A stretch of DNA of 64,000 nucleotides, taken from NCBI GenBank assembly GCA_020633335.1, contig JACKDU010000002.1, positions 186,730-250,729 on the forward strand, given 5' to 3'. Below the pieces are notes generated by a model. That model worked only from the letters and a program-made list of their open reading frames with translations. It ran no database searches and was not told where the DNA came from. A program made the translations under genes and the position numbers. Origin of the DNA: Myxococcales bacterium. GTDB lineage: Bacteria; Myxococcota_A; Polyangia; Nannocystales; Nannocystaceae. The number at the start of each line of letters is the position of its first letter. Positions within the stretch are counted from its first letter, which is position 1. Below, one piece after another: positions 31,971 through 42,174 of this stretch.

Positions 31971-34900
31971 ATGGCGATACGCCCACTTCCCGGTGAGCTG
32001 CTTGCGAGCTTGCCCCGGGGGATTGATCAATCCCAGATCACCCACCACGTCCCGCTGCGCGGCGGCCCTGACGGGCTCCTCGGCGAGACCCATCTCCTCG
32101 TCTTCGACGGGGAGCTCATCGTCGTCACCCGCGGCTCGTCGCGGGCGGAGTTCCGGCGCCTCGACCTCGACGCCGAGGAGCGGGCGATGCTCCTCGCCGA
32201 GGGTTGGTCGGTCCAGCTGAGCCTGCCGACCGTCGGCACGCCGACCCGCTTCGACGTCGCCTCACGCGACGTGGCGACCGTCCTGGCGCTCCTCTCGGCG
32301 GTCAAGCCGGGCCAGCGCCACGGCGACGAGGACGAGCTCGAGGTCGACCTCGAGCTCGACGAGGCCAAGCCGCGGAGGCAGAGCGTTTCCGCGCAAGGCC
32401 ATGGCTACGCGCAGACGCAGCTTGAGCGCGGCGTGCGAGAGATCGTCGCGCCGGCGCATGAGGTCGCGGCGGCGCGTGAGGCTGCTGCTCGTGAGGCCGC
32501 TGCTCGTGAGGCCGCTGCTCGGGAGGCTGCTGCTCGGGAGGCTGCTGCTCGCGAGGCTGCCGCCCGCGAGGCTGCTGCTCGTGAGGCTGCTGCTCGGGAG
32601 GCTGCTGCCCGCGAGGCTGCTGCTCGTGAGGCTGCTGCCCGTGAGGCTGCTGCCCGCGAGGCTGCTGCCCGCGAGGCTGCTGCCCGTGAGGCTGCTGCTC
32701 GTGAGGCTGCTGCCCGCGAGGCTGCTGCCCGTGAGGCTGCTGCTCGTGAGGCTGCTGCCCGCGAGGCTGCTGCCCGTGAGGCTGCTGCCCGTGAGGCTGC
32801 TGCTCGCGAGGCTGCTGCCCGTGAGGCTGCTCGCGAGGCCGCCGCCCGTGAGGCCGCCGCCCGTGAGGCCGCCGCCCGTGAGGCCGCCGCCCGTGAGGCC
32901 GCCGCCCGTGAGGCCGCCGCCCGTGAGGCCGCCGCCCGTCGCGAGGCCGCTGCTCGTGAGGCCGCTGCCCCGCGAGGCCGCCGCTCGTGAGGCCGCCGCT
33001 CGTCGCGAGGCCGCTGCCCGCGAGGCGGCGGCTACCCGTGAGGCCGCTGCCCGCGAGGCCGCCCGCGAAACCGCCGCTCGTGAAGCTCGCGAGCCTCGCC
33101 GCCCGCGAGGCGGCGATCCGTGAGGCCCGCGAGGCCGCCGCCCGCGAGGCCTCGATCCGTGAGGCCCGCGAGGCCGCCGCCCGCGAGGCCGCCGCACGCG
33201 AAGCCGCCGCCCGCGAGGCCGCCGCCCGCGAGGCGCTCGCCGCCGCGATCAACGCCCCCGCGGACGCCTGGCGCGCGCCGACCAGCCTCCGCGACGCCTT
33301 CGCGCGCCAGCAGGAGGACGAGCAGGCGACCGACGAGTCGCCGGCCGACACCGCGATCGGCAACCGCGACCTCCACGCTCTCGCCACCTCCTTCGCCGCC
33401 GGCGCCCCCTCGCCCGCGGCCCGGCGTCGCCCCGCGCCCGAGGCCACGCCGCCCGGACGTCAGCTGGACGCCGACGAGGCCTCCCTCTCGATCGAGCTCG
33501 ATGAGGTCTTCGGCGCGCTCGACGAGTCGCCCGCCCTCGCCTCCGCGATGCCAACTCCGGTGGTCGTGACCCCCGTCGCCCCGCCGCCGCCGACGCTCGT
33601 CACCCCCATGAGCGAGGCCGACACGCCCAGCGTCACCCGACGCGGCGGCGCCCTCCGCTTCAACTTCGACGCGATCCCGGAGCCCGTGGCCCCGCCCGCG
33701 CCCGCGCCCGCGATCCACACGGCGCCCTCCCCCGCCCCGGTGATCACGCCCGAGCCCTCGGCGCCGACCCTCCGGCGTCGCACCCGGCCCGACTACGACG
33801 GCCGCGGCGCCCTCTTCGGCGACGTGCACGACGACGCGGAGCAGAGCGGCAACATCGCCCTCGCCAACTTCTTCGACGCCCACGTGCCGGCGCCGCAGGA
33901 GGACGACGTCCCCCGCCCGCGTCGGATCGTCCCGGCGACCGAGCCCGAGCTCCCGCGGGTGACGCCGACGCCGGCCGCGGTCCTCGCCCCGGAGCTCCTC
34001 GCCGCGCCCGCGCCGACGCTAGCGACCCCGGTGGCGCCGGCGCTCACGCACGAGGCCCCGTCCCTCTCCGCCGCCGCGACGCCGACCTTCGAGGTGCCCC
34101 GTCACGACGCGCCCGCGCCCTCCCTCACCGCCTTCGAGGCCCCCGCGGCCGCCGCCTCGCTCCTCCGCGAGGAGGCGCCGCACTACAGCGCGGCCCTCGA
34201 GACCGCGCCGGAGGACGCGGCCGATCCCTTCGACGGCCTCCTCGACGAGGCGCCCGCGAACCTCGATCTCGAGGCGCCAGTCGCCGCCGCCGCGGACGAG
34301 CTCGAGACCGTCGATGAGACCCCGCGCCGGAGCGCCACGCCACGCCCGAACCGCCGCCTGATCCCCTCCAAGTGGGCCCAGGAGACGGCCTCCGCCGCGG
34401 CCTCGGTGGCCGCGAGCGCGGCCTCGGCGACGGCGTCCGCCGCCTCCGCCGCGGTCGGCCGCGCCCGCACCGCGGCCTCGCGGATGCTCGATCGCCAGCG
34501 CGACCGCCAGCGCTCCCGCGTCGGCCACCCCCGCCGCAACCGCCGACGCGGTGGCGTCAGCGCGCTCCGCCCGAGCTGGACCGTCGGCGCCGCCCTGATG
34601 GTCGCCGCCCTCCTGATCTACTGGGCGCTCCCCGGCACCGACGAGGTCGCGTCCACGGTCGAGGCCCCGGTCGCCGGCAGCCAGGTCGCCGCCCCCCTCG
34701 CCGAGCTCGCCAACGAGATCCGCCTCAGCCAGCGCGACGCGGCGATCCCGGCCTCGGCCGGTCCGGGCGCGACCCGCTCGCTCCCCGGCGAGGCCGACGA
34801 CGACGTGGTGATCGACGACGAAGCCGACGCCGACGCGCCCCCCTCGGGCTCCGGCGACGCCACCCCGACGAAGGCCAAGGCCGACCGCGACTTCTACGGG

Positions 34901-35161
34901 ATCGCCACCCTGACCGCGAGCTCACCGCAGCCCGAGCGCATGGCCCTCCGCGAGTGTCGCCCGCTCGCCGAGCGGGGCACCGAGATCCGGGTCAAGGTCG
35001 AGATCGACGAGCGCAGCGGCACCGTCCCCGAGGTCTGGGTCGGCGACTCGTCGATGGATCGCCAGCTCCGCCACTGCATCGTCCGCCAGTTCAAGAAGGC
35101 GACCTTCGAGCCCAAGGCGAAGGGCAAGCTGGTCAAGCAGCGGCTCAAGCTCCACTTCTAG
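31971..35161 (+). CDS. large protein with a globular N-domain, ~50x (REAAA) single-alpha-helix-type repeat, Pro/Ala-rich region, TM helix and TonB-C-like C-terminal domain; reading frame interrupted by two +1 shifts inside the repeat
   Basis: ATG at 31971 (MAIRPLPGELL); the REAAA reading frame moves from frame 0 to frame 1 (at ~32975, an extra C in gctgccccgcgag) and to frame 2 (at ~33090); C-terminus RGTEIRVKVEIDERSGTVPEVWVGDSSMDRQLRHCIVRQFKKATFEP resembles a TonB C-terminal domain. Confidence 0.5.
32470..33240 (+). repeat. ~51 tandem copies of a 15-bp unit (cgtgaggctgctgct and variants) encoding (AREAA)n
   Basis: perfect 15-nt periodicity visible across 32470-33240, with synonymous third-position variants. 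Confidence 0.85.
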
Positions 35162-35347
35162 CCGGCGACCGACGCCGGTCCGCGAACGCGCGGCGCGGGG
35201 CTCTCCCGGGCCGCGCGCGTCGTTGGTGCCTCTGGACCCCGCCCCGCTCCCCCAGATCGCCCGCGGGGGCGCAGATCGTCCGGCGCCCGCCCGCGTTGAC
35301 GGCCCTGCGCGCGCCCCCCGGCGCCGATCGAGTAGGATGACCGCCGC

Positions 35348-38300
35348 ATGAAGGCCCTCCTCATGGCCGTGCTCGCCCTCGCCCCGCCGGGCGGCACCGT
35401 CGATCTCGACGGGCCGCGCTGGCGAGAGCTCCACGAGGGGGCGAGCGCGCCGGAGGTCGAGCTCCCCGGGCCCTTCGTCGCCGAGCGCGACGTCAAGGTC
35501 GAGCGCGAGGGCGAGGGGCTCCGCGTCCGCGGCCGCTGGACGATCCGCGCGCTCCGCCCCGGCTGGTTCATGGGCGATCTCCTGGGGCCCGGCGCCGAGG
35601 TCCGCAAGGCGACCTGGAACGGCCAGCCCGCGGCGATCGACCGCGCCGGCGACCTGACGCTCGTCGCCGGCTACGTCCGCGGCGACGTGACCCTCGAGGT
35701 CGAGGCCTTCATCGACCACGACCCCGGCGAGGGCCCGGTGACCCTGAGCCTCCTGCCGGCGATCCGCGGCCGCGTCGACCTCCCGCCGGCGGCCGACGAC
35801 GCCCGCTACCAGGTCCACGATCCCGGCGATCCCGAGGCGGTGATCCCCCGCGACGGCGACCGGATCCTCTCCGGCGCCGCCCGCCTCGAGCTCCGCCAGG
35901 CGCCCCGCCAGAGCGCCGAGACCGGCACCCTGGTGACCGCGACCACGGCGATCGGCGTGACCGTCGGCGACGCCGAGGCCCGCGGCCGCGCCCACGTCAC
36001 CTGGGCGCTCCGCCGCGGCAGCCTCGATCGGGTGAGCGTCCGCGCCGAGGGCCTCGGCGACGATCTCGAGATCACCGGCGCCGGGATCCGCGAGTGGCGG
36101 CGGAGCGGCGATCGGATCGAGATCGAGCTCCAGGCCCCGGTGAGCGATCGCGTCGACCTCACCTTCGCCTGGTCGAGCGCCCTCTCCAAGGCCGCCGAGT
36201 CCTCCCTGACGATCCCCCGGATCGAGCCCCAGGGCGTCTTCCGCGGCTCGCAGGCGCTCCAGGTCGCCCGCGACGGCGAGATCGAGGTGATCCCCGAGGT
36301 CGGCGAGTGGACCGCGGTCGCCAGCGCTGACCTCCCGGAGTGGGCCCACGGCCTCGTCGAGGGGACCCCGACCGCGGCCTACACCGCCGCCGAGCCCCGC
36401 GGCGGCCGCCTCTCGCTCCTCCGCTTCGTCCCGGTCGAGGGCCCGCCGGTGGTCGTCGACGTCGCCGGGATCACGATCGCCGCCAGCCGCGAGGGTCGGG
36501 TGCTGATGCGCGCCCACTACGAGGTGCGCAACGAGCGGGCCGCCCACCTCCGGATCACCCCGCCGCCGGGGATGAAGATCCTCGGGGCGCGGGTCGCCGG
36601 CGAGACCGCCCTCCCCGCCCGCGGACCCGACGGCGCCTGGCTGATCCCGCTCAAGCGCTCGATCGAGACGGTCAAGGGCGCGCTCTCCTTCGCGGTCGAG
36701 GTCACCCTCCTCGGCGACGGCGACGCGTGGAAGCGCCGAGAGCGGCGGCAGCTCCCGCTCCCGCGGGTCAGCGCCCCGGTCGCGGTCACCCGCCTCACCC
36801 TCCACCTCCCGCCGGGCTACACCTCGCGCCTCGATCCCGGCGACGGCGACGTCGTCGGCGAGTTCACCCGCGGCGAGGGGATCACCTACGGGATGGCGAT
36901 CGGCGAGGTCGGGGTCGCCGAGGCCGATGAGCGCTTCCAGTCCGCCGTCGGCCGCTGGCTGGCCAACGACTTCGAGGGCGCCCAGGCCGAGCTCGACGCG
37001 CTCCGGTCGATGGGCGCGTCGAACGAGAACATCGAGCGCCTCCAGGCCAACCTCGACGTGATCGGCGGCAAGCAGGGCGGCGGCTCGTCCTCGGGCGGCG
37101 ACGCGGCGGCCGAGCGGCGGATCCGCGAGCAGGCCAAGGCCCGCGCGAGCGCCGACATCCAGGCCCAGTCCGACCTCAAGAGCAAGGCCGAGGCGTACCA
37201 GCAGGCCGGCGAGTACGACAAGGCCGAGGCCGAGTACGAGAAGGCGATGGAGATCGGCGACCGCCTCGCGCTCCTCGAGCAGGAGGAGTCGGTCGAGCAG
37301 CAGCGGGCCAACGAGGATCTGGCCCGCCAGTACAAGTCGGTCAAGGAGACCAAGGCCCGGCGGGCGTCGAGCTTCGGCAGGAAGGCGGAGCCCAAGAAGA
37401 AGCGGGGCAAGAAGGACGTCTACGCCAGCGCCGGCGAGGCCGAGTGGGACGTCGACGCGGCCGTCGAGCTGCCCGCAGGCGGCGAAGGCGACGCGAGCAT
37501 CGGCGGCTTCGCCAAGACGCCCGCGGCCGACCCGACGGGCAACGTCGTCTACAGGGACAAGAGCGCCGACGGCGTCGGCACCGAGAGCGGGGGCGGCGGG
37601 GGCGGCGGCGCGGGGACGGTGCTCTACGACTTCGAGGACGATGACGTCGAGGGCGAGCTCCTCCGCCCCGACGGCGCCGATCTCTCGAGCCGCGGCCGCA
37701 ACCGCGCCAGCGGGCTCACGACGATGAACGGGCCCGGCCTCGGCAAGGTCGGCGCCCTGGCCGGAGAGACAGGTCGGGAGACGCCGGAGGAGCCGAACGC
37801 CCAGACGACCCCGGGCTCCACGGACAGCGGGTCGGTCCGCGTCATCGGCAGCAACGCCCCCGAGTCGGCCTACACGGTCGACGGCGCCAACATCAATTCG
37901 ACGGCGACCACGACCACCGCGCGGGTGTCGATGGAGGAGGCGAAGCGGCTCCCGGTCGGCGCAGGGAGCTCGCGCGATTTCACGGCGGTCGTCGACGTGG
38001 TGCCCGGCACCTACAATCGCAACGGCTCGCTCTTCGGGCCGACCGAGCCGCCGCGGATGGCGACCGGCGGCATCGAGCCGCGCTGGCGCCTGCGGCAGGA
38101 TGCGCCCGAGCCCGAGCCGATCGACCAGCCCCCGCCCGAGCCCGAGCCCACCCCCGAGCCGGTCGCCGAGATGCCCGCGCCCGCGCCCGAGGTCCGGCTC
38201 GCCGGCATCAGCGGCGGCCTCGAGGCCGAGCCGGCCACCCGCCGGAGCCGCGGCGGCCGGATCCGTCGCGGTGGGCGAGGTCGCGAGCGCAACAGCGTCG

Positions 38301-38860
38301 CCTACGGCAGCGTTGGCGGCGGCGGCGGCGGCGGGATGAAGAAGTCCGCCTCCGTCCGCCCCAAGCCGAGCTACGGCCCCCCGCCGCCCCCCGCCGCGCC
38401 TCCCCCGGTCCAGGCCGTCGATCAACCAACCGACGCGACGGTCACCACCAAGGTGTCGATGGACGAGGCGAAGAACATCCCGGTCGGCGGGAGCAGGCGC
38501 GACTTCACCGCGGTCGTCGATCTCGCGCCGACGGCGAGCGCCGACGCCGGAGCGCCGCCGCCCGACACCGACGGCGACGGGCTCGTCGACGAGATCGACG
38601 TCATCTACGAATTCCCCGAAGACATGAACGGCTTCGAGGACGAAGACGGCACGCCCGAGCCCCTCGAAGAGGACGGCCGCGGCGGCCTCGACCGCCTCGC
38701 CGCCCCCAAGGTCACCGCCTCCGCGATGTCCGTGGTGATCCCCGCGGCCGGCGAGGCGGTCCTCTACCAGCACCTCCTCCTCGCGGCCGAGAGCGCCTAC
38801 GCGATCGAGATCGCCGCCCGCGAGCCCCTCCTCCAGAAGAGACGAAGAAGACGCCGATGA
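35348..38860 (+). CDS. large secreted protein (1170 aa) with N-terminal beta-rich region, coiled-coil/acidic region and internal RDFTAVVD repeats; paralog of the downstream gene
   Basis: signal peptide MKALLMAVLALAPPGG; segments alignable to 38857..40698 (e.g. RVLMRAHYEVRNERAAHLRITPPPG vs RITSVRYQIRNNRRQFLRVALPAG); GGAtga ribosome-binding site; the antisense 1322-aa ORF is junk. Confidence 0.6.
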   Translation: MKALLMAVLALAPPGGTVDLDGPRWRELHEGASAPEVELPGPFVAERDVKVEREGEGLRVRGRWTIRALRPGWFMGDLLGPGAEVRKATWNGQPAAIDRAGDLTLVAGYVRGDVTLEVEAFIDHDPGEGPVTLSLLPAIRGRVDLPPAADDARYQVHDPGDPEAVIPRDGDRILSGAARLELRQAPRQSAETGTLVTATTAIGVTVGDAEARGRAHVTWALRRGSLDRVSVRAEGLGDDLEITGAGIREWRRSGDRIEIELQAPVSDRVDLTFAWSSALSKAAESSLTIPRIEPQGVFRGSQALQVARDGEIEVIPEVGEWTAVASADLPEWAHGLVEGTPTAAYTAAEPRGGRLSLLRFVPVEGPPVVVDVAGITIAASREGRVLMRAHYEVRNERAAHLRITPPPGMKILGARVAGETALPARGPDGAWLIPLKRSIETVKGALSFAVEVTLLGDGDAWKRRERRQLPLPRVSAPVAVTRLTLHLPPGYTSRLDPGDGDVVGEFTRGEGITYGMAIGEVGVAEADERFQSAVGRWLANDFEGAQAELDALRSMGASNENIERLQANLDVIGGKQGGGSSSGGDAAAERRIREQAKARASADIQAQSDLKSKAEAYQQAGEYDKAEAEYEKAMEIGDRLALLEQEESVEQQRANEDLARQYKSVKETKARRASSFGRKAEPKKKRGKKDVYASAGEAEWDVDAAVELPAGGEGDASIGGFAKTPAADPTGNVVYRDKSADGVGTESGGGGGGGAGTVLYDFEDDDVEGELLRPDGADLSSRGRNRASGLTTMNGPGLGKVGALAGETGRETPEEPNAQTTPGSTDSGSVRVIGSNAPESAYTVDGANINSTATTTTARVSMEEAKRLPVGAGSSRDFTAVVDVVPGTYNRNGSLFGPTEPPRMATGGIEPRWRLRQDAPEPEPIDQPPPEPEPTPEPVAEMPAPAPEVRLAGISGGLEAEPATRRSRGGRIRRGGRGRERNSVAYGSVGGGGGGGMKKSASVRPKPSYGPPPPPAAPPPVQAVDQPTDATVTTKVSMDEAKNIPVGGSRRDFTAVVDLAPTASADAGAPPPDTDGDGLVDEIDVIYEFPEDMNGFEDEDGTPEPLEEDGRGGLDRLAAPKVTASAMSVVIPAAGEAVLYQHLLLAAESAYAIEIAAREPLLQKRRRRRR

Positions 38861-40698
38861 CCAAGCCAAGCCTCGCCCTCGCCCTCGCACTCGCCCTCCT
38901 CGCCCCCGCCCGCCCGGCCTCCGCCGCCGACGAGCCCGAGCGGGTGGTGATGAAGCTCGACGACTTCCTCCGCCTCTACGAGGCCAACAAGGCGCTCGCC
39001 ACCGCCGAGAAGGCGCCCCGCGATCACGCGATCGCCTCCGCCCGCTACCAGGGCGAGGTCCTGGTCGCCGAGGGCGATCCGACCTCCGCGGTCTTCACCG
39101 CGAAGATGCGGATCGAGAACCTCAAGAAGGACGGCTGGGCGCGGGTGCCGATCCTGCCGGCGACCGTCGCCCTCCAGTCGGCGAAGATCGGCAACGCCGA
39201 GGCCGCGGTGGTGATCGAGAACGACTACTACACCCTGATCACCAAGCAGCAGGGCGCCTTCGATCTCTCCCTCTCCTTCGCCGCCGGGATCACCACCACC
39301 GCCGGCAAGAGCAACGTCGGCTTCGAGCTGGTCCCCTCGGGCGCGACCAGCGTCTCGCTCGCGGTCCCGGTCGCCGACGACCTCGACTTCACGGTCCCCG
39401 GCGCCAAGCTCAAGTCCGACAAGGTCGAGGGCGGCAAGCGGATCGTCGAGGCGACCCTGCCGGCGACCGGCTCCCTGGTGATCGAGTGGCAGCGCGAGAT
39501 CCCCGAGGCCGCCAAGCAGCAGTCGCGGGTCTACGCCGAGGTCTACACCCTGGTCAGCCTCGGTGAGGGGCTCCTGCGGGCGACCGCCTCGGTCTCCTAC
39601 ACGATCCTCTTCGCCGGCCAGTCGGAGCTCCGCCTCAAGGTCCCCAAGGGGATGACGATCCTCTCGGTCACCGGCAACGGCATCCGCGACTGGAAGCTCG
39701 AGGGCGAGGAGCTCAAGGTCGCGCTCAACTACGCCGCCGAGGGCTCCTACAGCCTCGCGGTCGAGCTCGAGCAGGTGATCGGCGAGGGCTCCAAGAAGAT
39801 CGCCGCGCCGATCGTCGTCCCCCAGGGGGTCGAGCGGGCGAAGGGCTACGTCGGCGTCGAGTCGCGGGGCAACCTCGAGATCTCGGCCGGCGAGGTCAAG
39901 GGCGCGACCACCGTCGACGTCCGCTCGCTGCCGGCGGCGATCCTCGGGATCACCAGCCAGCCGGTGCTCCTCGGCTACAAGTACCTCGGCGCCGACGCGC
40001 AGGTCCCCCTCGAGGTCGCCGAGCACGAGGACATCGACGTCCTGGTGACGATCCTCGACCAGATCCGCGCGCGGACGATGTGGACCCCGGAGGGCCGGCG
40101 GATCACCTCGGTGCGCTACCAGATCCGCAACAACCGCCGGCAGTTCCTCCGCGTCGCCCTACCCGCCGGCGCCGAGCTCTGGAGCGTCTCGGTCGGCGGC
40201 CGGGCGGTCCAGCCGGCGAAGGCCGGCGACGGCCGGGTGATGATCCCGCTCCTCCGCTCGCAGACCTCGGGGGGCTCGCTCGCCGCCTTCAACGTCGAGC
40301 TCGTCTACGTCGAGAGCGGCGAGAAGACCAGCGAGGCCGGCCGCGGCACCTTCAAGGCTGAGCTCCCGCGGGCCGACGCGCCGAGCACCTACGTCGCCTG
40401 GACGGTCTACTCGCCGACCGGCACCAAGGTGAAGAAGCGGAGCTTCGACGGCTCCCTCCGCCAGGTCCGCTACCTCTCGGATCCGATCCCGGAGAACGAC
40501 GTCTACGCGATCGAGACCATGACCCCGCAGGTCGCCCAGCAGGGCGGCGCCCAGGCCGACGACGGCTCCCTCGGCGAGGGCGCGGTGCCGGTGCCGGTGA
40601 GCCTCCCGCTCCAGGGCAAGGCGACCAACTTCGAGAAGCTCCTGGCGCTCGACGAGGCGCTCTCCGTCGAGTTCCGCTACAAGGGGCTCAAGCTCTGA
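38857..40698 (+). CDS. secreted protein (613 aa), paralog of 35348..38860, possibly DUF4139/DUF4140-like
   Basis: signal peptide LALALALALLAPARPASA; ATGA overlap with the upstream gene; shared blocks with its paralog. Confidence 0.6.
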   Translation: MTKPSLALALALALLAPARPASAADEPERVVMKLDDFLRLYEANKALATAEKAPRDHAIASARYQGEVLVAEGDPTSAVFTAKMRIENLKKDGWARVPILPATVALQSAKIGNAEAAVVIENDYYTLITKQQGAFDLSLSFAAGITTTAGKSNVGFELVPSGATSVSLAVPVADDLDFTVPGAKLKSDKVEGGKRIVEATLPATGSLVIEWQREIPEAAKQQSRVYAEVYTLVSLGEGLLRATASVSYTILFAGQSELRLKVPKGMTILSVTGNGIRDWKLEGEELKVALNYAAEGSYSLAVELEQVIGEGSKKIAAPIVVPQGVERAKGYVGVESRGNLEISAGEVKGATTVDVRSLPAAILGITSQPVLLGYKYLGADAQVPLEVAEHEDIDVLVTILDQIRARTMWTPEGRRITSVRYQIRNNRRQFLRVALPAGAELWSVSVGGRAVQPAKAGDGRVMIPLLRSQTSGGSLAAFNVELVYVESGEKTSEAGRGTFKAELPRADAPSTYVAWTVYSPTGTKVKKRSFDGSLRQVRYLSDPIPENDVYAIETMTPQVAQQGGAQADDGSLGEGAVPVPVSLPLQGKATNFEKLLALDEALSVEFRYKGLKL

Positions 40699-40709
40699 GG
40701 GACCGGGCG

Positions 40710-42125
40710 ATGATCCAGATCGGCCAAGAGCTCCGGACCTGGCGCGGCGCCGTCCGCCACCGCCTCGACCCCAAGCGCCCGCCCCTCCTCGGCTGGCAGG
40801 TGCCGCTGATCGGCTGCGGCGTGCAGATCGGCCGCCACGGACCGGGCTGGCTCCTCGACCAGGTCAAGCGGCGGGGCTTCCCGCTCACGCTCTACGTGAT
40901 GGGCAAGGAGATCACCTTCGGCGGCGATCCCGAGTACGCCCGCTTCTTCTACTCGGCGGGGACCGAAGAGGTCTCGTTCTTCGAGGGGATCAAGGTCTTC
41001 CCGGGGGTCGGCGACCTCGTCGAGATCGGCCTCACCGGCCCCGAGGGGTCGACGCTGACCCTCGAGGTGCTCCGCCGCCACCTCGGCGCGCGGATCTCCA
41101 GCGTCGGCGCCGAGCTCGACCAGGAGCTCAGCGTCGCCCTCCGCGAGGGGCTGGCGAGCGGCCGCGCCCCCCTCCTCGGCGTCCTCCGCACGGCGATCCT
41201 GCGGCTCACGGCCCACCTCCTCCTCGGCCCCGACCTCGCCCGCGACCGGACCTTCATCGCCGACCTCTGCGACTTCGACGAGGCGACCCTCGCCTGCCTG
41301 CGGGCGCCCTGGAGCCGCCGCCCCGTCGCCCGCGGCCTCGCGGCGCGGGGGCGCGCGGTCGCCCGCATGCGCGCCGAGCTCGAGGGACGAGGACCACCCA
41401 CGAGCGACGCGCCGCGGGACATCGGCGACGCCATGCGATCGGCGGCAGCCGCCGCCGCCGAGGCCGGCGGCCCGCGCCTGAGCGACGAGATCATCGCCCG
41501 CGATCTCCAGGGGATCCTCTTCGGGACCGTCGCCAACACCCCCGCGGCCGCGGCGATCACCCTCCACCGCGTCCTCACCGATCCCGCCCTCAAGCGCCGC
41601 CTCGAGGAGGAGCAGGCCGCGGTGAGCCGCGAGCGCGGGCCGACGATCGACGCCGCCGCCCTCAAGGCGATGCCGGTCCTGAACGCGACCTACCTCGAGG
41701 GGCTCCGGGTCTACGCGCCGATGATCCACATCCGCATGACCCTGACGCCGGTCGAGATCGGCGGCTACCGGGTGCCGGCCCGCTCGCTGATCGGCTTCTC
41801 GCCCTACATCCTCCACCGCGATCCGGCGGTCTACGAGGACCCCGAGGTCTTCGACCCCGACCGCTTCCTCGCCGGCCCGCGGCGCCCGGCCGCGGCCCCG
41901 CCGAACAGCCACTTCGTCCCCTACGGGCGCGGGATCCACACCTGCCTCGGCCGCAACCTCGCGCGCCAGGAGATCATGATGTCGATCGCCCGCCTCCTCC
42001 GCGACTACGAGGTCGAGCTCAGCGACCCGTCGCCGACGGTCGCCGACTGGCTGACCAACGGGATCGCGGCGCCCGCGGGCGCGCCCTCGCTGATCGCCCG
42101 ACCGCGCGGCGCGAGCCTCGGCTAA
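40710..42125 (+). CDS. cytochrome P450
   Basis: heme-binding loop FVPYGRGIHTCLGRNLARQE (FxxGxxxCxG), ExxR (EGLRV) and PERF-like DPDRF. Confidence 0.85.
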   Translation: MIQIGQELRTWRGAVRHRLDPKRPPLLGWQVPLIGCGVQIGRHGPGWLLDQVKRRGFPLTLYVMGKEITFGGDPEYARFFYSAGTEEVSFFEGIKVFPGVGDLVEIGLTGPEGSTLTLEVLRRHLGARISSVGAELDQELSVALREGLASGRAPLLGVLRTAILRLTAHLLLGPDLARDRTFIADLCDFDEATLACLRAPWSRRPVARGLAARGRAVARMRAELEGRGPPTSDAPRDIGDAMRSAAAAAAEAGGPRLSDEIIARDLQGILFGTVANTPAAAAITLHRVLTDPALKRRLEEEQAAVSRERGPTIDAAALKAMPVLNATYLEGLRVYAPMIHIRMTLTPVEIGGYRVPARSLIGFSPYILHRDPAVYEDPEVFDPDRFLAGPRRPAAAPPNSHFVPYGRGIHTCLGRNLARQEIMMSIARLLRDYEVELSDPSPTVADWLTNGIAAPAGAPSLIARPRGASLG

Positions 42126-42139
42126 TGGCCTGCCTGAGA

Positions 42140-42160
42140 GAATGTCCTTCTGGACATGTT
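42140..42160. promoter_or_regulatory. hairpin / degenerate copy of the ACATGT motif (gaATGTCC-ttct-GGACATgtt) between the convergent P450 and kinase genes
   Basis: 6-bp stem ATGTCC/GGACAT with ttct loop and AT-rich flanks; a possible bidirectional terminator. Confidence 0.3.
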
Positions 42161-42174
42161 CTAAGGCGCAGCCA

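Noticed and set aside
32470-33240. Tandem 15-bp repeat array considered as a possible CRISPR or satellite
   Set aside because: The period is 15 bp with no spacers, and it is fully coding (AREAA units) with synonymous variation; it is an intragenic coding repeat, not CRISPR.
34922-38890. 1322-aa minus-strand ORF
   Set aside because: Arg/Gly/Asp-rich, motif-free translation typical of the antisense strand of a high-GC gene; the plus-strand genes (35348..38860 and the start of 38857..) have signal peptides, paralogy and an RBS.
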